Positions 39,510 to 50,665 of a stretch of 64,000 nt of DNA are shown here, piece by piece. The position numbers and the translations under genes are program-made. Each line of letters starts with the position of its first letter. Position 1 is the first letter of the stretch. The stretch is taken from positions 1,376,001-1,440,000 of the forward strand of contig CAVSTP010000004.1 in NCBI GenBank assembly GCA_963730935.1. Direction: 5' to 3'. The stretch is from an uncultured Nitrospiraceae bacterium (GTDB lineage: Bacteria; Nitrospirota; Nitrospiria; Nitrospirales; Nitrospiraceae). Under the pieces are notes generated by a model that ran no database searches, was not told where the DNA came from, and saw nothing but the letters and a program-made list of their open reading frames with translations.

Positions 39510-40199
39510 TTAGACCGGGGCTTTGAGCCGAAATCCGAATCCTCGAATGTTCTGCAGAGGCGAGCGAGTGCCTGAGTCGCGTTCGATCTTTTTGCGTATA
39601 GCATGAATATGCACATCTAACGTCCGATCTTGGACCGCCATATCTTCTCCCCAAATTCTCTCCAGCAGTTCCTTCCTTGTAAACGCTCGACCCGGCTCAT
39701 GCATCATTAGTTCTAAAATCCTAAATTCTCTATTAGTCAGGTCAACCAAGTGGCCATCGACTGTGACTTCATGTCGATCCAGGTCTATGGAAAGCCCTCC
39801 AACAACTAATTGTTTCTGCCTCCCGCTTTCCCTCTCTCGTCTTAGTATTGCCCGAATCCGTGCGATGATCCCTCGAAGAGATTGGTTACAAATCACGACA
39901 TCAAATCCACTCTCCATGTCTTCAATGCATTCGTCCTCCGTGCACTCCCACCCTGGAAGCTGAACGACCACGTTTAGCGTTTTTCGCAAGGCTTCAGAGT
40001 CTAGCAATTCTCTGAGATCTGGAATTCTTCGATCGATCAGCAATAAGGCAGCCGGATGTTCCAGCGCCCGGACGACTGCAGATACGCTGAACATAATGCG
40101 TATCTCATGGCCATTGTTCTTAAGGTGGGACTGAAAGGTTTGGCCAAAACGCTCATCTGCTGTCAGGACGAGGATATCGTCGTGATGAGCAGTGGCCAT
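39510..40199 (-). CDS. OmpR/PhoB-family response regulator
   Basis: Degenerate receiver domain; LTNREFRIL..M..PGRAFTR.ELL..IWG, RTLDVHI..IRKKIE, IRGFGF. Confidence 0.9.
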   Translation of the reverse strand: MATAHHDDILVLTADERFGQTFQSHLKNNGHEIRIMFSVSAVVRALEHPAALLLIDRRIPDLRELLDSEALRKTLNVVVQLPGWECTEDECIEDMESGFDVVICNQSLRGIIARIRAILRRERESGRQKQLVVGGLSIDLDRHEVTVDGHLVDLTNREFRILELMMHEPGRAFTRKELLERIWGEDMAVQDRTLDVHIHAIRKKIERDSGTRSPLQNIRGFGFRLKAPV

Positions 40200-40323
40200 G
40201 TTAGCAGCGCTTCGCGTTGCGTGCCTAAACGGTCGTGGTATGCGGTCGTACAGTGTAACTGTACACTAGACGATCGTACAGTATCAACGTACACACTAAT
40301 GCCTGGGTAATCCCCCTCCTGAA

Positions 40324-40378
40324 TTAACTCGAAATTAAGAAAGTCGTGACAGGGGCGTCACCTGTCTTGGCTTATAAC
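40324..40378 (+). promoter_or_regulatory. Four 11-bp-periodic Pho-box-like repeats plus -10 box
   Basis: TTAAC@40324, TTAAG@40335, GTGAC@40346, GTCAC@40357; TATAAC@40373. Confidence 0.6.
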
Positions 40379-40408
40379 GCCGCCAGCAATAAACCATAGG
40401 GAGGCGTT

Positions 40409-41886
40409 ATGAGGCGTCGAAAGCAGACAGCACTGAAAGGCTGGCTCACGGCAGTCGTGACGGTACTTCTGTTATTTTTCGCTTTTCCTGTTCAAGCGCA
40501 GGAGCCGCAGCCTCCACCGACGCCGAGAGTAGGGCCTCCGTCAACTGCACGGGCGCCGATGAATGAACCTCGGCCATTGGAGAGCACCTCTATGGAGGAT
40601 CTCTTATTGGAAAAGGGGGTTATTACCCTCGATGACTGGATTCGCATCAAAGCAGAGGAGGAACGCAAGCAAAGTGAGCGTTCGGTGGTCGCAGAATTCA
40701 CGGGGAGTCCCCGTTGGTACGAACGAATCACGATGTTCGGCTATGGCATGTTCCGATATAACCTTGTCAATAACGCAAATTTTAGAACGTATCATGACGC
40801 CTCGGTCGGAAGTGTAAACGGCGGCGCTCAGCCTGGATTCTTTTTCCGCCGAATTCGTTGGGTGGTGACCGGCCAAGTCTCTGACCACGTATCGTTCTTT
40901 ATTCAGCCAGACTTGGCTACTGTGTCTACGGCATCGGGATTCACCAATACTCACGTCCTAACCATGCGTGACGCGTACGGTGATTGGAATGTTCGATAAG
41001 GAAAAGGAATATCGATTGCGGGTCGGATTGCAGCGTGTCCCTTGCTCATTCGATAACTGGCAGGCCAGCCGAGTCCGTATGGCCATCGACCGTGCCGATG
41101 GCACCAACTCCTGCGCCTCGAGCGAGCGCGACATGGGAATCGCATTCATGTGGACGCCGAAGATCGCCCAGCAACGCTACAAACAAATGCTGGATTACAT
41201 GTACGGTCCGGGCGATTACGGTGTCTTTCACATTCAGGTCTACAACGGTCAAGGGCTCAACCAACCGGAACTGAACAACGACAAGCATGTCGGCATGAGG
41301 CTGAGTTGGCCATGGGAGTTGCCAGGAGGGCGTCTCATCGAAACGGGCATGAATGCCATGCGCGGACAATTCTCAGTCAACCGAGGCACGCCCGCGGCAG
41401 GAACAGCCATCTGGTCTAATTTCGACGCAGGGCATCAATCCGGTAAGTACTTGGATGAACGGTTCAACTTCTACATTTATTGGCCTCCTCAGCCCTGGGG
41501 GTTCATTGCCGAATATGGGGTGGGACGGGGTCCCAAGCGGAATTCAGACCGGTGTCATCGAAGAAAGCTCGCTTTACGGCGGATATTTCCAAGGCCATTA
41601 CCAATGGAAGTACTCGGACATCGGACTGGCGAATTTCTACAGTCGATGGCAGGAGTACCACGGCGGCTTGAAGTTCCAAGCCGGTGCCCCCGATGATCGC
41701 ATGAAGGAAGTGGAAACCGGGATCGCCTGGCAACCAGATCCCCAGTGGGAGTTTACAGTCGCATACACCTTCGCTCAGCGGTTGAACGTGTTTAACGGGA
41801 CTCCGGCAACGGCCACCGTTCCGGGCCAGCAGATTGATGTTTACGCGAACCTTATCCGATTCCAACTGGTGTGGTTCTGGAATTAG
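40409..41886 (+). pseudogene. OprO/OprP-type phosphate-selective porin, split by two +1 frameshifts (~40989, ~41543)
   Basis: FFFRRIRW...GQV, DAYGD, ERDMG, C-terminal FQLVWFWN; removing one A and one T restores one ORF. Confidence 0.8.
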
Positions 41887-41948
41887 CGAATCTTGTCGCT
41901 TACGCAAACGGATTTATTTCTTAATAGGTTCACGCGAAGAAGAAAGGA

Positions 41949-42642
41949 ATGATCATGCACCGAAAGTTGATTGTGTCCCTCTCCTTCAACCTTGTGCTGA
42001 CCAGTCTTTTACTTGTGGGGTATGTCGGTCCCAACGTGAAGACGACATTCATGCCCGACGATCGAGGCCCCGACTATAGGGGCACATACTCGCATTCATC
42101 CGTTGGCTGTAGTCATCGGATCCGTGACAATCGGGGAGCGGGTGTTTGTCGCGCCAATGGCCTCCGTTCGTGGAGACGAAGGTCGGCATATCTTCATCGG
42201 CAACGACAGTAATATTCAAGACGGGGTGGTCATTCATGGCTTAGAGACGTTCGAAGGCGACCATGAATTGCCCGAGAATGAAGTCGAGATGAAGGGCCAG
42301 AAATATTCGGTCTACGTGGGCCATCGTGTCTCACTCGCGCATCAATCGCAGGTCCATGGACCGGCCAAAGTCGGTGATGACACCTTTGTGGGAATGCAGG
42401 CGCTCCTTTTCAGAACCGAAGTTGGAGACCATGTCGTCGTGGAGCCGGGCGCGAAGTTGATCGGCGTGAAGGTCCCGCCGAGACGGTACGTTCCAGCGCT
42501 TTCGATTATTACTAAACAGGCCGAAGCCGATGCCCTTCCCACAATCACTGACGACTATGCGTATCGGAACCTGAATGATGGCGTCGTCCGAGTCAACGTG
42601 CAGTTGGCCGAAGCGCCTCAACCCAAACCTATGGTCAGGTAG
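41949..42642 (+). pseudogene. Gamma-class carbonic anhydrase with N-terminal hydrophobic leader, split by one +1 frameshift (~42055)
   Basis: IHPLAVVIGSVTIG, SVRGDEG, SNIQDGVVIH, SLAHQSQVHGP; removing one C gives MPTIEAPTIGAHTRIHPL. Confidence 0.85.
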
Positions 42643-42647
42643 GTATT

Positions 42648-43367
42648 CTACTGTTGCGGTAATGATGCAGGAGATATTGGGGTAGTTTCGACCGCGGTCG
42701 GCAGCCTATTCAGATCAACCACCACGACTTTGGATTCATCGACATACCCGCCCCATCCGTCGAGTTTTTTCGCTTGTTGGGTCGGAATTCGCCAATCCGC
42801 AGGCTCGAACCCAGCCTTGAACTTGAAACGGGCAATCGGTAAAAGCGGATCAAGCCGGCTATTGGGTTCATAGGTCGTTTCGTATTGAACCGAACTGGGC
42901 GACGTCTTTCCATTCGCGAGTAGCATGTACAGATGTTGTTGATGCACAAACACACCGCCTGAGGTGATTAACGGTGCGCCGTCGGAATCTTGCTGGACGA
43001 GATAGAATCTCACGAGGTCTCGGGTTGATGCCTTACTCAGCCCGGTGGCAAGAAGAGGTGCGAGGATTTTGATATCACGCTGGGAGAATGCGGGAACAGT
43101 CTTCACTCTATTTATGAATCCACCTGTTCCCGTGACGTCGCGTGCCTGAAGTTGAAGCCCTTGGAGCATCGAAGCGATCTGAGTCGGAGGAATTGTGGCT
43201 GGATGGCTATGATCCGACCCCGCGTGAGCATCGTAGGCGACATCGACGAGGAGTGAGGGTTCATCGAGTATTGGAATAGGTGGCGGTGAGACGGTACAGC
43301 CGGAGGCGTAAACCAATGCCCATCCGGCGATAGCAAGTGCTTGAACCCATCGCATACTTAAACTCAT
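42648..43367 (-). CDS. Hypothetical lipoprotein
   Basis: Lipobox ASGC; HSHP...TSGGVF. Confidence 0.7.
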   Translation of the reverse strand: MSLSMRWVQALAIAGWALVYASGCTVSPPPIPILDEPSLLVDVAYDAHAGSDHSHPATIPPTQIASMLQGLQLQARDVTGTGGFINRVKTVPAFSQRDIKILAPLLATGLSKASTRDLVRFYLVQQDSDGAPLITSGGVFVHQQHLYMLLANGKTSPSSVQYETTYEPNSRLDPLLPIARFKFKAGFEPADWRIPTQQAKKLDGWGGYVDESKVVVVDLNRLPTAVETTPISPASLPQQ

Positions 43368-43450
43368 ATAGGCTCGAAGTGTAACAAAGCCATGGTACTA
43401 AAAGAAGACGGCAGGCAAAGTTGTTCCTCCTGCCGCCTGAACAAGCACGG

Positions 43451-44545
43451 TCAACGGCGCTGGGCCACCATACCAGAAGCCAAGGTCTGGTCACCGAGGG
43501 TTTGTAAGTTTGTCATGATCTGCTGGGTGGAGAGAGGATAGACCCCGGCGCGCACCAACGTGTCCTGCCCTTCACGGCTGTTGATGAATCGCAAGAATTC
43601 GATGATTTCCGGCGCTAGCTGATCTCGCTTCGCATAGAGATACAGCGAACGCGTGAGCGGATAGGTTCCGTCGGCCACCGTTTCAGCTGTTGGCGCAACC
43701 GGCGTGTCTCCAGCTTTGGCGACGATGGGAAGGATTCTGACCGTTGAAGCCTTGAATTCGATACTGGCGTATCCAATGCCAAGCCGATCGCGGCTGATGT
43801 CCAAGATTTCCATTGCAGAGCCTGGTGCCTCTTTCACCTCGGATCTGAAGTCACCATCGAGCAGTACCATGTACTTGAACAGCGTTCTCGTTCCAGAGCG
43901 TTTGTCACGCCCATAGAGACTGATCGGTAGTTGTTCCCAGCGATCTTGCAACCCCAATTGCCCCCAGGTGGTAATGCTATTGGGCGCTCCACGCTTTCGC
44001 GTCTGGCTAAACAAAGCGTCTGCTTGATCGAGAGTCAAGCTTGCAAGCGGGTTCTGATAATTGACATAGATCGCAATGGCATCGAGCGCAATCGGAATTT
44101 CCATGGGCTCTGATCCATACCGAGACCGAAAGTCCATCCGTTCATCCTCTGTCAACTGACGAGAGGAAGCCAGCAGTCCCACATGACCGGATACCAGATG
44201 GCCCTTGGAATTGGCATCGCCTCGCCGAATGGTCGACTGGTTCTGGAGGAACTGTATTAACGCCGCATCAGAGCCACCACCCTGAACCGCGACCTTGATC
44301 CCAGGTTGAACAGCCTTAAACGCAGTCGCCGCCTTGAGAATCACAGGTTGCATGCTATCTGATCCGGCAACCACGAGGGCTCCTGTGACGCCGGGCTTGG
44401 GTTGGTAGGAAGCGATCGTTGAATCCACCACCGGTCGAACCGAATTCAGCGGTTGCTCCGCCCTTACGCCTGTGAAAAGCAGCAGGCAGGCGACACAGCT
44501 CATCAGTCCTGCCAAGCCCCATTGACCGACGCTTTGTTTACTCAC
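43451..44545 (-). CDS. PstS-family substrate-binding protein
   Basis: AGSDSM, ASSR, IALDAIAIYVN..NP, WGQLG, GR...SGT, YPLTRSLYLY. Confidence 0.9.
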   Translation of the reverse strand: MSKQSVGQWGLAGLMSCVACLLLFTGVRAEQPLNSVRPVVDSTIASYQPKPGVTGALVVAGSDSMQPVILKAATAFKAVQPGIKVAVQGGGSDAALIQFLQNQSTIRRGDANSKGHLVSGHVGLLASSRQLTEDERMDFRSRYGSEPMEIPIALDAIAIYVNYQNPLASLTLDQADALFSQTRKRGAPNSITTWGQLGLQDRWEQLPISLYGRDKRSGTRTLFKYMVLLDGDFRSEVKEAPGSAMEILDISRDRLGIGYASIEFKASTVRILPIVAKAGDTPVAPTAETVADGTYPLTRSLYLYAKRDQLAPEIIEFLRFINSREGQDTLVRAGVYPLSTQQIMTNLQTLGDQTLASGMVAQRR

Positions 44546-44694
44546 GTGGACCTCCTTGTTGAGGACAGCAAATGGGCCGAGATGTCCGACTGGTCACCTC
44601 CCACCCCTTTTACGTGTGTACTCGAACCGATGACGACGAAGGACGATTCTTCCGAGACGTGCCGGGTTGTCCACGGCTTCACAGGGTGCAATTC

Positions 44695-44814
44695 TTATCG
44701 TAGGAACGCATTCCGCACATCACGCCAAAGCGAATAGAGGAAATACAAGAACGCCACGCCGATACCGATCTCCAGACTGGAGATCACAACACGCATCAGC
44801 ATGTCCACAATCAT
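44695..44814 (-). CDS. 39-aa single-TM protein (not in ORF track)
   Basis: Manual translation MIVDMLMRVVISSLEIGIGVAFLYFLYSLWRDVRNAFLR; AAGAGG upstream. Confidence 0.5.
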   Translation of the reverse strand: MIVDMLMRVVISSLEIGIGVAFLYFLYSLWRDVRNAFLR

Positions 44815-44906
44815 GATGGCCTCTTGGTATAGATCGAGGACACTCGTGACGAACAGCTCGATGATAGAAAGTTACAGGTTGTTTATAGCTTCCCAATCAC
44901 CAGAGA

Positions 44907-45020
44907 GTTAAGGCGATGTTAATTTTGATTCTCCGTCTTGCAATGCGCTGAATGATCTTTTGAACCCAAATCCTGTTCGGTAACACACTGTTAACATGAA
45001 CCTACACGCATCGTTAACAT
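44907..45020. promoter_or_regulatory. 11-bp-periodic OmpR/PhoB-type boxes between the divergent pstS-like genes
   Basis: GTTAA@44907 and 44918; TAACA@44981, 44992 and 45015, TACAC@45003. Confidence 0.5.
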
Positions 45021-45176
45021 GCAGATACTAGCATCGCAGCCATTCTGATCATCATCTGCGCTGCGTTGGTTAGAGTTGGCGTTGTTGTAGCGTTGGGTTG
45101 TTGTAGCGGTACGGCCAAATTTTTAGATGATTTCTCGTCCTGTTCCTTGAAGCTCCATGGCCAAAGGAGGACGCCT

Positions 45177-46325
45177 ATGAAATGTGCAACGCTAGTACCG
45201 CCTAGACGATGGCTTGTTTCAACTGCCATCATTGCTGTGATATGCATGCAGGGCCCGCAGGTGGCGAAAGCCTGTAGTGGTGGAGGCGATTCTTCGGGAC
45301 CCCGCACTTTGGAAACATCCCTTCCGGGAGCCACTAGCGCAATTGATTCCAAGATCGGCTCATATAATGTGCAGCCGGACGTTGTGGGTAGCTTTGCGAT
45401 CGCCGGCTCCGATACCCTCCAGCCGATCATGGTGAACCTTGCCACGGCATTCAAGAGCGCCCAGCCGGGTGTGAAAATCGCCGTGCAGGGTGGGGGCTCC
45501 AATGCAGCAATAACCGGATTCCTCAGTGACCAAGCCACCATTCGCCGCGGTGACGCGCAAGCGAAAGGCCATATCGTTTCTGGCCATGTTCCACTATTAG
45601 CCAGCTCCCGGGAGCTGACGCAATCTGAGCGGGCTGCTTTCCGCTCTCGCCACGGGTATGAAACCACAGAGATACCAATCGCGCTGGATGCAGTGGGAAT
45701 TTATGTCAATGCAGGAAATCCGATCCAGGGATTGACCATGCAACAGGTAGACGCCATCTTCAGCAAAGACCGCAAGAGAGGTTTTCCTCAGGGATTGACC
45801 AAATGGGGAGATCTAGGCCTCGAACAGGGCTGGGGTCTTCAGGACATTCACCTTTATGGAAGAGACAAGGGATCGGGTACTCGCACATTTTTTATCGACG
45901 AAGCATTGATGGGCGGCACGATGCATCCTGACGTTCAGGAAGCCAGCGGCTCTGCGAGTGAGATCCTTCAAATCAGCCGTGATCCATTTGGAATCGGATA
46001 TGCTGGAATTGGATTTCAAGCCTCCACCGTGCGTATCGTTCCGCTCACCAAGGACCCAGGACAGCCGTTTGTGGCCCCGAGTGTCACGACGGTTCTGGAT
46101 GGTTCCTATCCTCTCGTCCGCCGGCTGTATGTGTATGTAAATCAGCCTTCAGACCGAGAGTTGACACCCGATGTCAAAGCCTTTCTGATGTTTGTGAACA
46201 GCCGACAGGGGCAGGGGGTTATAGCCCGATCCGGTGTGTATCCATTATCGGCGGAGCAAATCGCCACGAACGTCCGTGTACTAAATGATTCTGTGTTGTC
46301 CGCTCGTGAAGGACACGCCAAATAA
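45177..46325 (+). CDS. PstS-family substrate-binding protein (paralogue)
   Basis: AAGGAGG RBS; AGSDTL, ASSR, GRDKGSGTR, YPLVRRLYVY. Confidence 0.9.
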   Translation: MKCATLVPPRRWLVSTAIIAVICMQGPQVAKACSGGGDSSGPRTLETSLPGATSAIDSKIGSYNVQPDVVGSFAIAGSDTLQPIMVNLATAFKSAQPGVKIAVQGGGSNAAITGFLSDQATIRRGDAQAKGHIVSGHVPLLASSRELTQSERAAFRSRHGYETTEIPIALDAVGIYVNAGNPIQGLTMQQVDAIFSKDRKRGFPQGLTKWGDLGLEQGWGLQDIHLYGRDKGSGTRTFFIDEALMGGTMHPDVQEASGSASEILQISRDPFGIGYAGIGFQASTVRIVPLTKDPGQPFVAPSVTTVLDGSYPLVRRLYVYVNQPSDRELTPDVKAFLMFVNSRQGQGVIARSGVYPLSAEQIATNVRVLNDSVLSAREGHAK

Positions 46326-46588
46326 GTATCGTTGATGCCAGGCATTATCGCGAGGCGGAAGTCGACACCGTTTGGCACTGGAACGTGTCGAGGCAAGTGA
46401 CCTGCGGTTTATTAGTTTGCTTCCTCTTCCAACCTCCATGGGAAACCAGATAGTTAGAAAGATTTGTTACCGCGCAGCTACCGATCACCAGATTACCGAA
46501 GAGAATGCAGTGTGCCGGACGATGGGACGAGATTCACGCGCGAGACGTTCAACGGGAAAAGAGTACGCGAGTTGGCAGTTGGCGAAAG

Positions 46589-47359
46589 TCAGTCAAGTTT
46601 GAGAACGCCAAACCTGTTTGAGATATGATCGAAGGTTCGGTCAGAATCATTAAAACAGAGGCTTGGTGGCCAGGACACAACCTTGGGGGGCTCAGACATT
46701 ATCTCAATAGTTGCGTCTGCCCATTGGCGATCTGTCACGGTTATACGTAGCCTCTCAATTTCATCCTTGTGAGGAGCAAGAAATTTGATATCAAGGAGCT
46801 GCAGAACAAGACGACCGAAGGCCATTGTTATCACAAAAATAATACGAGGAGGAGAGGGTGTTTCATACTTAATCGTCCCATGAGTCGTATAGGCTCGCAA
46901 ATCTAGCCCAGAGTAATAGCCAAGCCAAACAGTCGCACGCTCAAAAGGATATCGGTTCTGACGAAATTGATAACGTTCTTCGAAGCTGTAGAAGGACATT
47001 CCCCCATCCATGCCATCAAAGACGAGGGCGCACTTAACAATCCAACTGGAAATTATGAGTTGTTGTTCTATTGTCAGTACGGTAGCAACCCCATTTATTA
47101 GAGCGGTGAGAATTGGACGCGCCTCGCTTTCCAAGTCGCTCATCCAGCCTTCATTGCACCGCTTTTTACACACGCTTCTCACTATGATTTCGGGATCACC
47201 ACGCTTCCACCTGTCAATCTCTCCATGCTGGTTAATTCGAGCTGCATGAAACCGCATATTTGTCCCTGGCCACTGTGCGATGACATCAAGCAACCACCGC
47301 GGCCAAACATGTTCTTCGGAATCGACGCGCCTACCACAAAAGATACAAAGTTTATTCAT
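46589..47359 (-). CDS. HNH-like Zn-binding hypothetical protein, AT-rich
   Basis: CIFC...EEHVWPRWL...VCKKRCNEGWMS.LE. Confidence 0.65.
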   Translation of the reverse strand: MNKLCIFCGRRVDSEEHVWPRWLLDVIAQWPGTNMRFHAARINQHGEIDRWKRGDPEIIVRSVCKKRCNEGWMSDLESEARPILTALINGVATVLTIEQQLIISSWIVKCALVFDGMDGGMSFYSFEERYQFRQNRYPFERATVWLGYYSGLDLRAYTTHGTIKYETPSPPRIIFVITMAFGRLVLQLLDIKFLAPHKDEIERLRITVTDRQWADATIEIMSEPPKVVSWPPSLCFNDSDRTFDHISNRFGVLKLD

Positions 47360-47615
47360 AGGAGCTTAAGTGTGAAAACAATGTGGCCCGATGGCCGCTC
47401 TTTCGCAAAAGATTTTGTATTTATTAGGGTCGCCCTTTAATGATTTTCTCTGAATAGGCGTCGGAATGCCTGACAATGCCTCGAGTTGCTGAGAGCGTTG
47501 ATTTCCAAAGGTTCGACGGGATCTACGCTGCACGATCATCCACTTCAAACAGATTGAGGTCCTTTTCCTCCTGGGCATTACCCACAGAGACATGGCATTT
47601 GGATACAATCTTCAT

Positions 47616-48446
47616 CTACTTCTTTGCTAAAGCATCGTTCAGGAGTTTCGCTAGTCGCACACCCGCCTTAGCCAATTGCTTATCAATTACAGACACGTTT
47701 GCCTGATAATAGTCTTCGCCCAATTTGTGATCCTCAGGAAACGCATATACATGTTGTCTTGCGATCTCCTTTGACTCCATAGCCCAATCCACCACTGTGC
47801 CAGCTTGAAGAACCTCTTCTGGCTGAAACTTCAACCAGACGGTGAGTCGCTTTGCATAAAGTTGTGCGTCACGTTCACGCTTTTCAAGAATTCCATTGTC
47901 CCAGACCGCGTGGAGATTCCACGGCTTGTGATTGTGAGGGTTGGTCTTCTCGCCGAGGAATTCCACCTCCACATCATTTCCCCCATGATCATTATTCTGC
48001 CCTGCATGAAGCGGCTGGTGTAAGTCACCGATAAAGTGGATGAGATATTTGAGAGCTTTTTGGCGCTTTAGAAAATCTGCCTTAACATTTGCGAGAACTC
48101 CACGAAAGCGTTCGATTTGGCCGATCACACATTGGTTTTTTGGACAGACACGGTCGGGGTCATACGCAGTTTCAGTGATATCAATGTTCACATAGTGCCA
48201 CGGCGCAGTCTGTTGGTCACGAACCTTATCTGCCCAAATGGCGGCCTCGATGAAGGTGGTTCCATCTAAGAGAGCAAGTAGAGAGCCCCGGACCTCGGGT
48301 TGAAGTCTTTGTTCCGCGATTATTGCAATAACCTCATGCCCCTCTTTTGCCCACGCATGTAGAAGCGACGGCACAAACAGGAGAAGAACAATAAGAGCCA
48401 GTTGAATGACAGACTTTTCTTTGCGCTTAATTGAGTCCACGATCAA
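47616..48446 (-). CDS. S1/P1 nuclease, exported
   Basis: Signal peptide then W..EGH; WAD, WHYVN, HFIGDLHQPLH, NLHAVWD, AGVRLA. Confidence 0.95.
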   Translation of the reverse strand: MIVDSIKRKEKSVIQLALIVLLLFVPSLLHAWAKEGHEVIAIIAEQRLQPEVRGSLLALLDGTTFIEAAIWADKVRDQQTAPWHYVNIDITETAYDPDRVCPKNQCVIGQIERFRGVLANVKADFLKRQKALKYLIHFIGDLHQPLHAGQNNDHGGNDVEVEFLGEKTNPHNHKPWNLHAVWDNGILEKRERDAQLYAKRLTVWLKFQPEEVLQAGTVVDWAMESKEIARQHVYAFPEDHKLGEDYYQANVSVIDKQLAKAGVRLAKLLNDALAKK

Positions 48447-48791
48447 ATCCCAAGTTGCTGCGACTCGTTGGAGGTTTTTGTGATCTCTTCTTGGCGGCTT
48501 CTTTTGCGTTCATGAATAGACTCCAAGAGTTTTTCTTGGGCGAATCGCAAGGCCACAAGGCGAACGACTAGAGCGACAAAAACTTCATCATTTTGTGTCA
48601 CATCAGTCTCCAATCAGATTTTCAGAAGGAAGCTACCGTAGTCTTCAGCTTCCAGCAATATGGTTGTATTTGCCGCGTCCCGAACGCAGTGCGTTACCGG
48701 ACTGCCCTACGCCAGCCACATACTTGTCACAAAGAGAGTTTGCTCCTTGTTTGACCTCCTCCAAGCCCTCCGCTAAGATGCGTCCCCTGCC

Positions 48792-49829
48792 ATGACCACC
48801 TATCGCGAAGCCGGCGTAGACATGGACGCCGGAGACGAATTCGTCGACCGCATCAAGCCGCTCGTCCGCTCGACCTTCCGGCCGGAGGTCCTGACGGATC
48901 TCGGAGGCTTTGGCGGCCTCTTCCGCCTTCAAAGCAAACAGTATGCAGACCCTGTGCTGGTGTCCGGCACCGATGGTGTCGGCACCAAACTGAAGATCGC
49001 CTTTCTGATGGACCGGCATGACACGGTCGGCATCGATCTCGTCGCCATGTGCGTCAACGACATCGCCGTAAGCGGAGCGGAACCGTTGTTCTTTCTCGAT
49101 TACTTTGCGACCGGGAAACTGTCGGTCGAGAAAGCCCACCAGGTCGTGACCGGCATCGCCGAGGGCTGCCGGCAGGCGGGTTGCGCGTTGATCGGTGGCG
49201 AGACGGCGGAGATGCCGTCGATGTATCCCGAAGGAGAATACGATCTGGCCGGGTTTGCCGTCGGAGTTGTCGATAAGCCGAAGATCATCGACGGCAAGAG
49301 CATCAAGCCCGGCGATGCGATTCTGGGACTCGCGTCGTCCGGCTTGCATAGTAATGGATATTCGCTCGCGCGGCGCGTGTTCTTCGAGAAGGCCAAATTG
49401 AGTGTCAACGCGACCTTGCCGGAACTGGATCGTCCGCTGGGCGAGGCGCTGCTGACGCCGACGCGCATTTACGCGAAGCAAATTCTGGCGCTCGTGAAGG
49501 AATTCCGCATCAAAGGGATCGCACACATCACCGGCGGCGGCATCACCGAAAACTTGCCGCGCGTCTTCCCTCAGGGCGTGCGGGCGAGAATCGACAGGAA
49601 GGCTTGGACCGTTCCGCCCATCTTTCAGGCCTTGAGCAGGATTGGAGAGGTCGAGCGCGAGGAGATGTACCGGGTGTTCAACATGGGGATCGGGTTGATT
49701 CTCGTGGTGCCGGCACAATCGGCGAATGCGGCCTTGAAGAAAGCCGAAGCGCTGGGCGACCGCGGCTGGAAAATTGGAGAAATCGTGGCGTCGTCAGGGA
49801 CGGAACCGGAGGTGGAATATGTCGGCTAA
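48792..49829 (+). CDS. purM: Phosphoribosylformylglycinamidine cyclo-ligase
   Basis: [49 protein letters not shown]. Confidence 0.98.
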   Translation: MTTYREAGVDMDAGDEFVDRIKPLVRSTFRPEVLTDLGGFGGLFRLQSKQYADPVLVSGTDGVGTKLKIAFLMDRHDTVGIDLVAMCVNDIAVSGAEPLFFLDYFATGKLSVEKAHQVVTGIAEGCRQAGCALIGGETAEMPSMYPEGEYDLAGFAVGVVDKPKIIDGKSIKPGDAILGLASSGLHSNGYSLARRVFFEKAKLSVNATLPELDRPLGEALLTPTRIYAKQILALVKEFRIKGIAHITGGGITENLPRVFPQGVRARIDRKAWTVPPIFQALSRIGEVEREEMYRVFNMGIGLILVVPAQSANAALKKAEALGDRGWKIGEIVASSGTEPEVEYVG

Positions 49830-50493
49830 GCGGTCCTCCCCGCTTCGCCTAGCCGTCTTGGCCTCCGGCCGTGGCTCCAACCTGCAAGCCATCATCGATG
49901 CGATCGAAGCCGGGCAGCTTCAGGCGCAGATTGTCGCGGTGATCAGCAACAAGAAGGATGCGGCGGCGCTAGAGCGCGCCCGCAAGCATAGTCTGCCGGA
50001 CCTCTTCGTTGATCCCAAACCGTTCGCGGGACAGCCCGACAGCCGTGAGGCCTATGATCGTGCCCTGCTGGAAGTGCTGGAGCAGCGCGAGGTGGAATTA
50101 GTGCTGTTGGCGGGCTACATGAAGATTGTGACGGCGGTCCTCGTCAACGCCTTTGCCAACCGGATGATGAACATCCATCCCTCGCTGCTTCCGTCCTTCC
50201 CCGGCTTGGAGGTTCAAAAGAAGGCGATCGACTGGGGCTGCAAACTATCGGGCTGCACGGTCCATTTCGTCACGGAAGGCGTGGATGAAGGTCCGATTAT
50301 TCTGCAAGCGGCGGTACCAGTCTTAGACAACGATTCGCCGGAAGCGTTGGCCGCGCGCATTCTCGTGCAAGAGCACAAGATCTACCCAAGGGCTGTCCAG
50401 CTCTTTGCTGAAGACCGCCTTCAAGTGGATGGCCGACGCGTGCTGATCGAAGACGGGAAGCCCGCGGGCGACGCCATCATCAGCCCTTCCTGA
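49819..50493 (+). CDS. purN: Phosphoribosylglycinamide formyltransferase
   Basis: [43 protein letters not shown]. Confidence 0.98.
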   Translation: MSAKRSSPLRLAVLASGRGSNLQAIIDAIEAGQLQAQIVAVISNKKDAAALERARKHSLPDLFVDPKPFAGQPDSREAYDRALLEVLEQREVELVLLAGYMKIVTAVLVNAFANRMMNIHPSLLPSFPGLEVQKKAIDWGCKLSGCTVHFVTEGVDEGPIILQAAVPVLDNDSPEALAARILVQEHKIYPRAVQLFAEDRLQVDGRRVLIEDGKPAGDAIISPS

Positions 50494-50665
50494 AGCATCT
50501 GGTCTGCGCTTCTAGCTAGAGACTCCAGAGATGGGTTGTGTATAATGCGTCTTCACGGGGACGCGAGCCCTTTCCTCCCCGTTCTTCTACCGCAGCTTTT
50601 CGTTGCACACTGACGTGCAACATCACCCTGCGGGATTCTCGGCTCGCGTCACCGTTCCCTCAGGT

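Noticed and set aside
40985..42060. Programmed ribosomal frameshifting
   Set aside because: No slippery heptamers, and three independent sites are better explained by error or decay
48645..49718. 357-aa minus-strand ORF
   Set aside because: Antisense shadow of purM; likewise 29937-30950 and 51688-52350(-)
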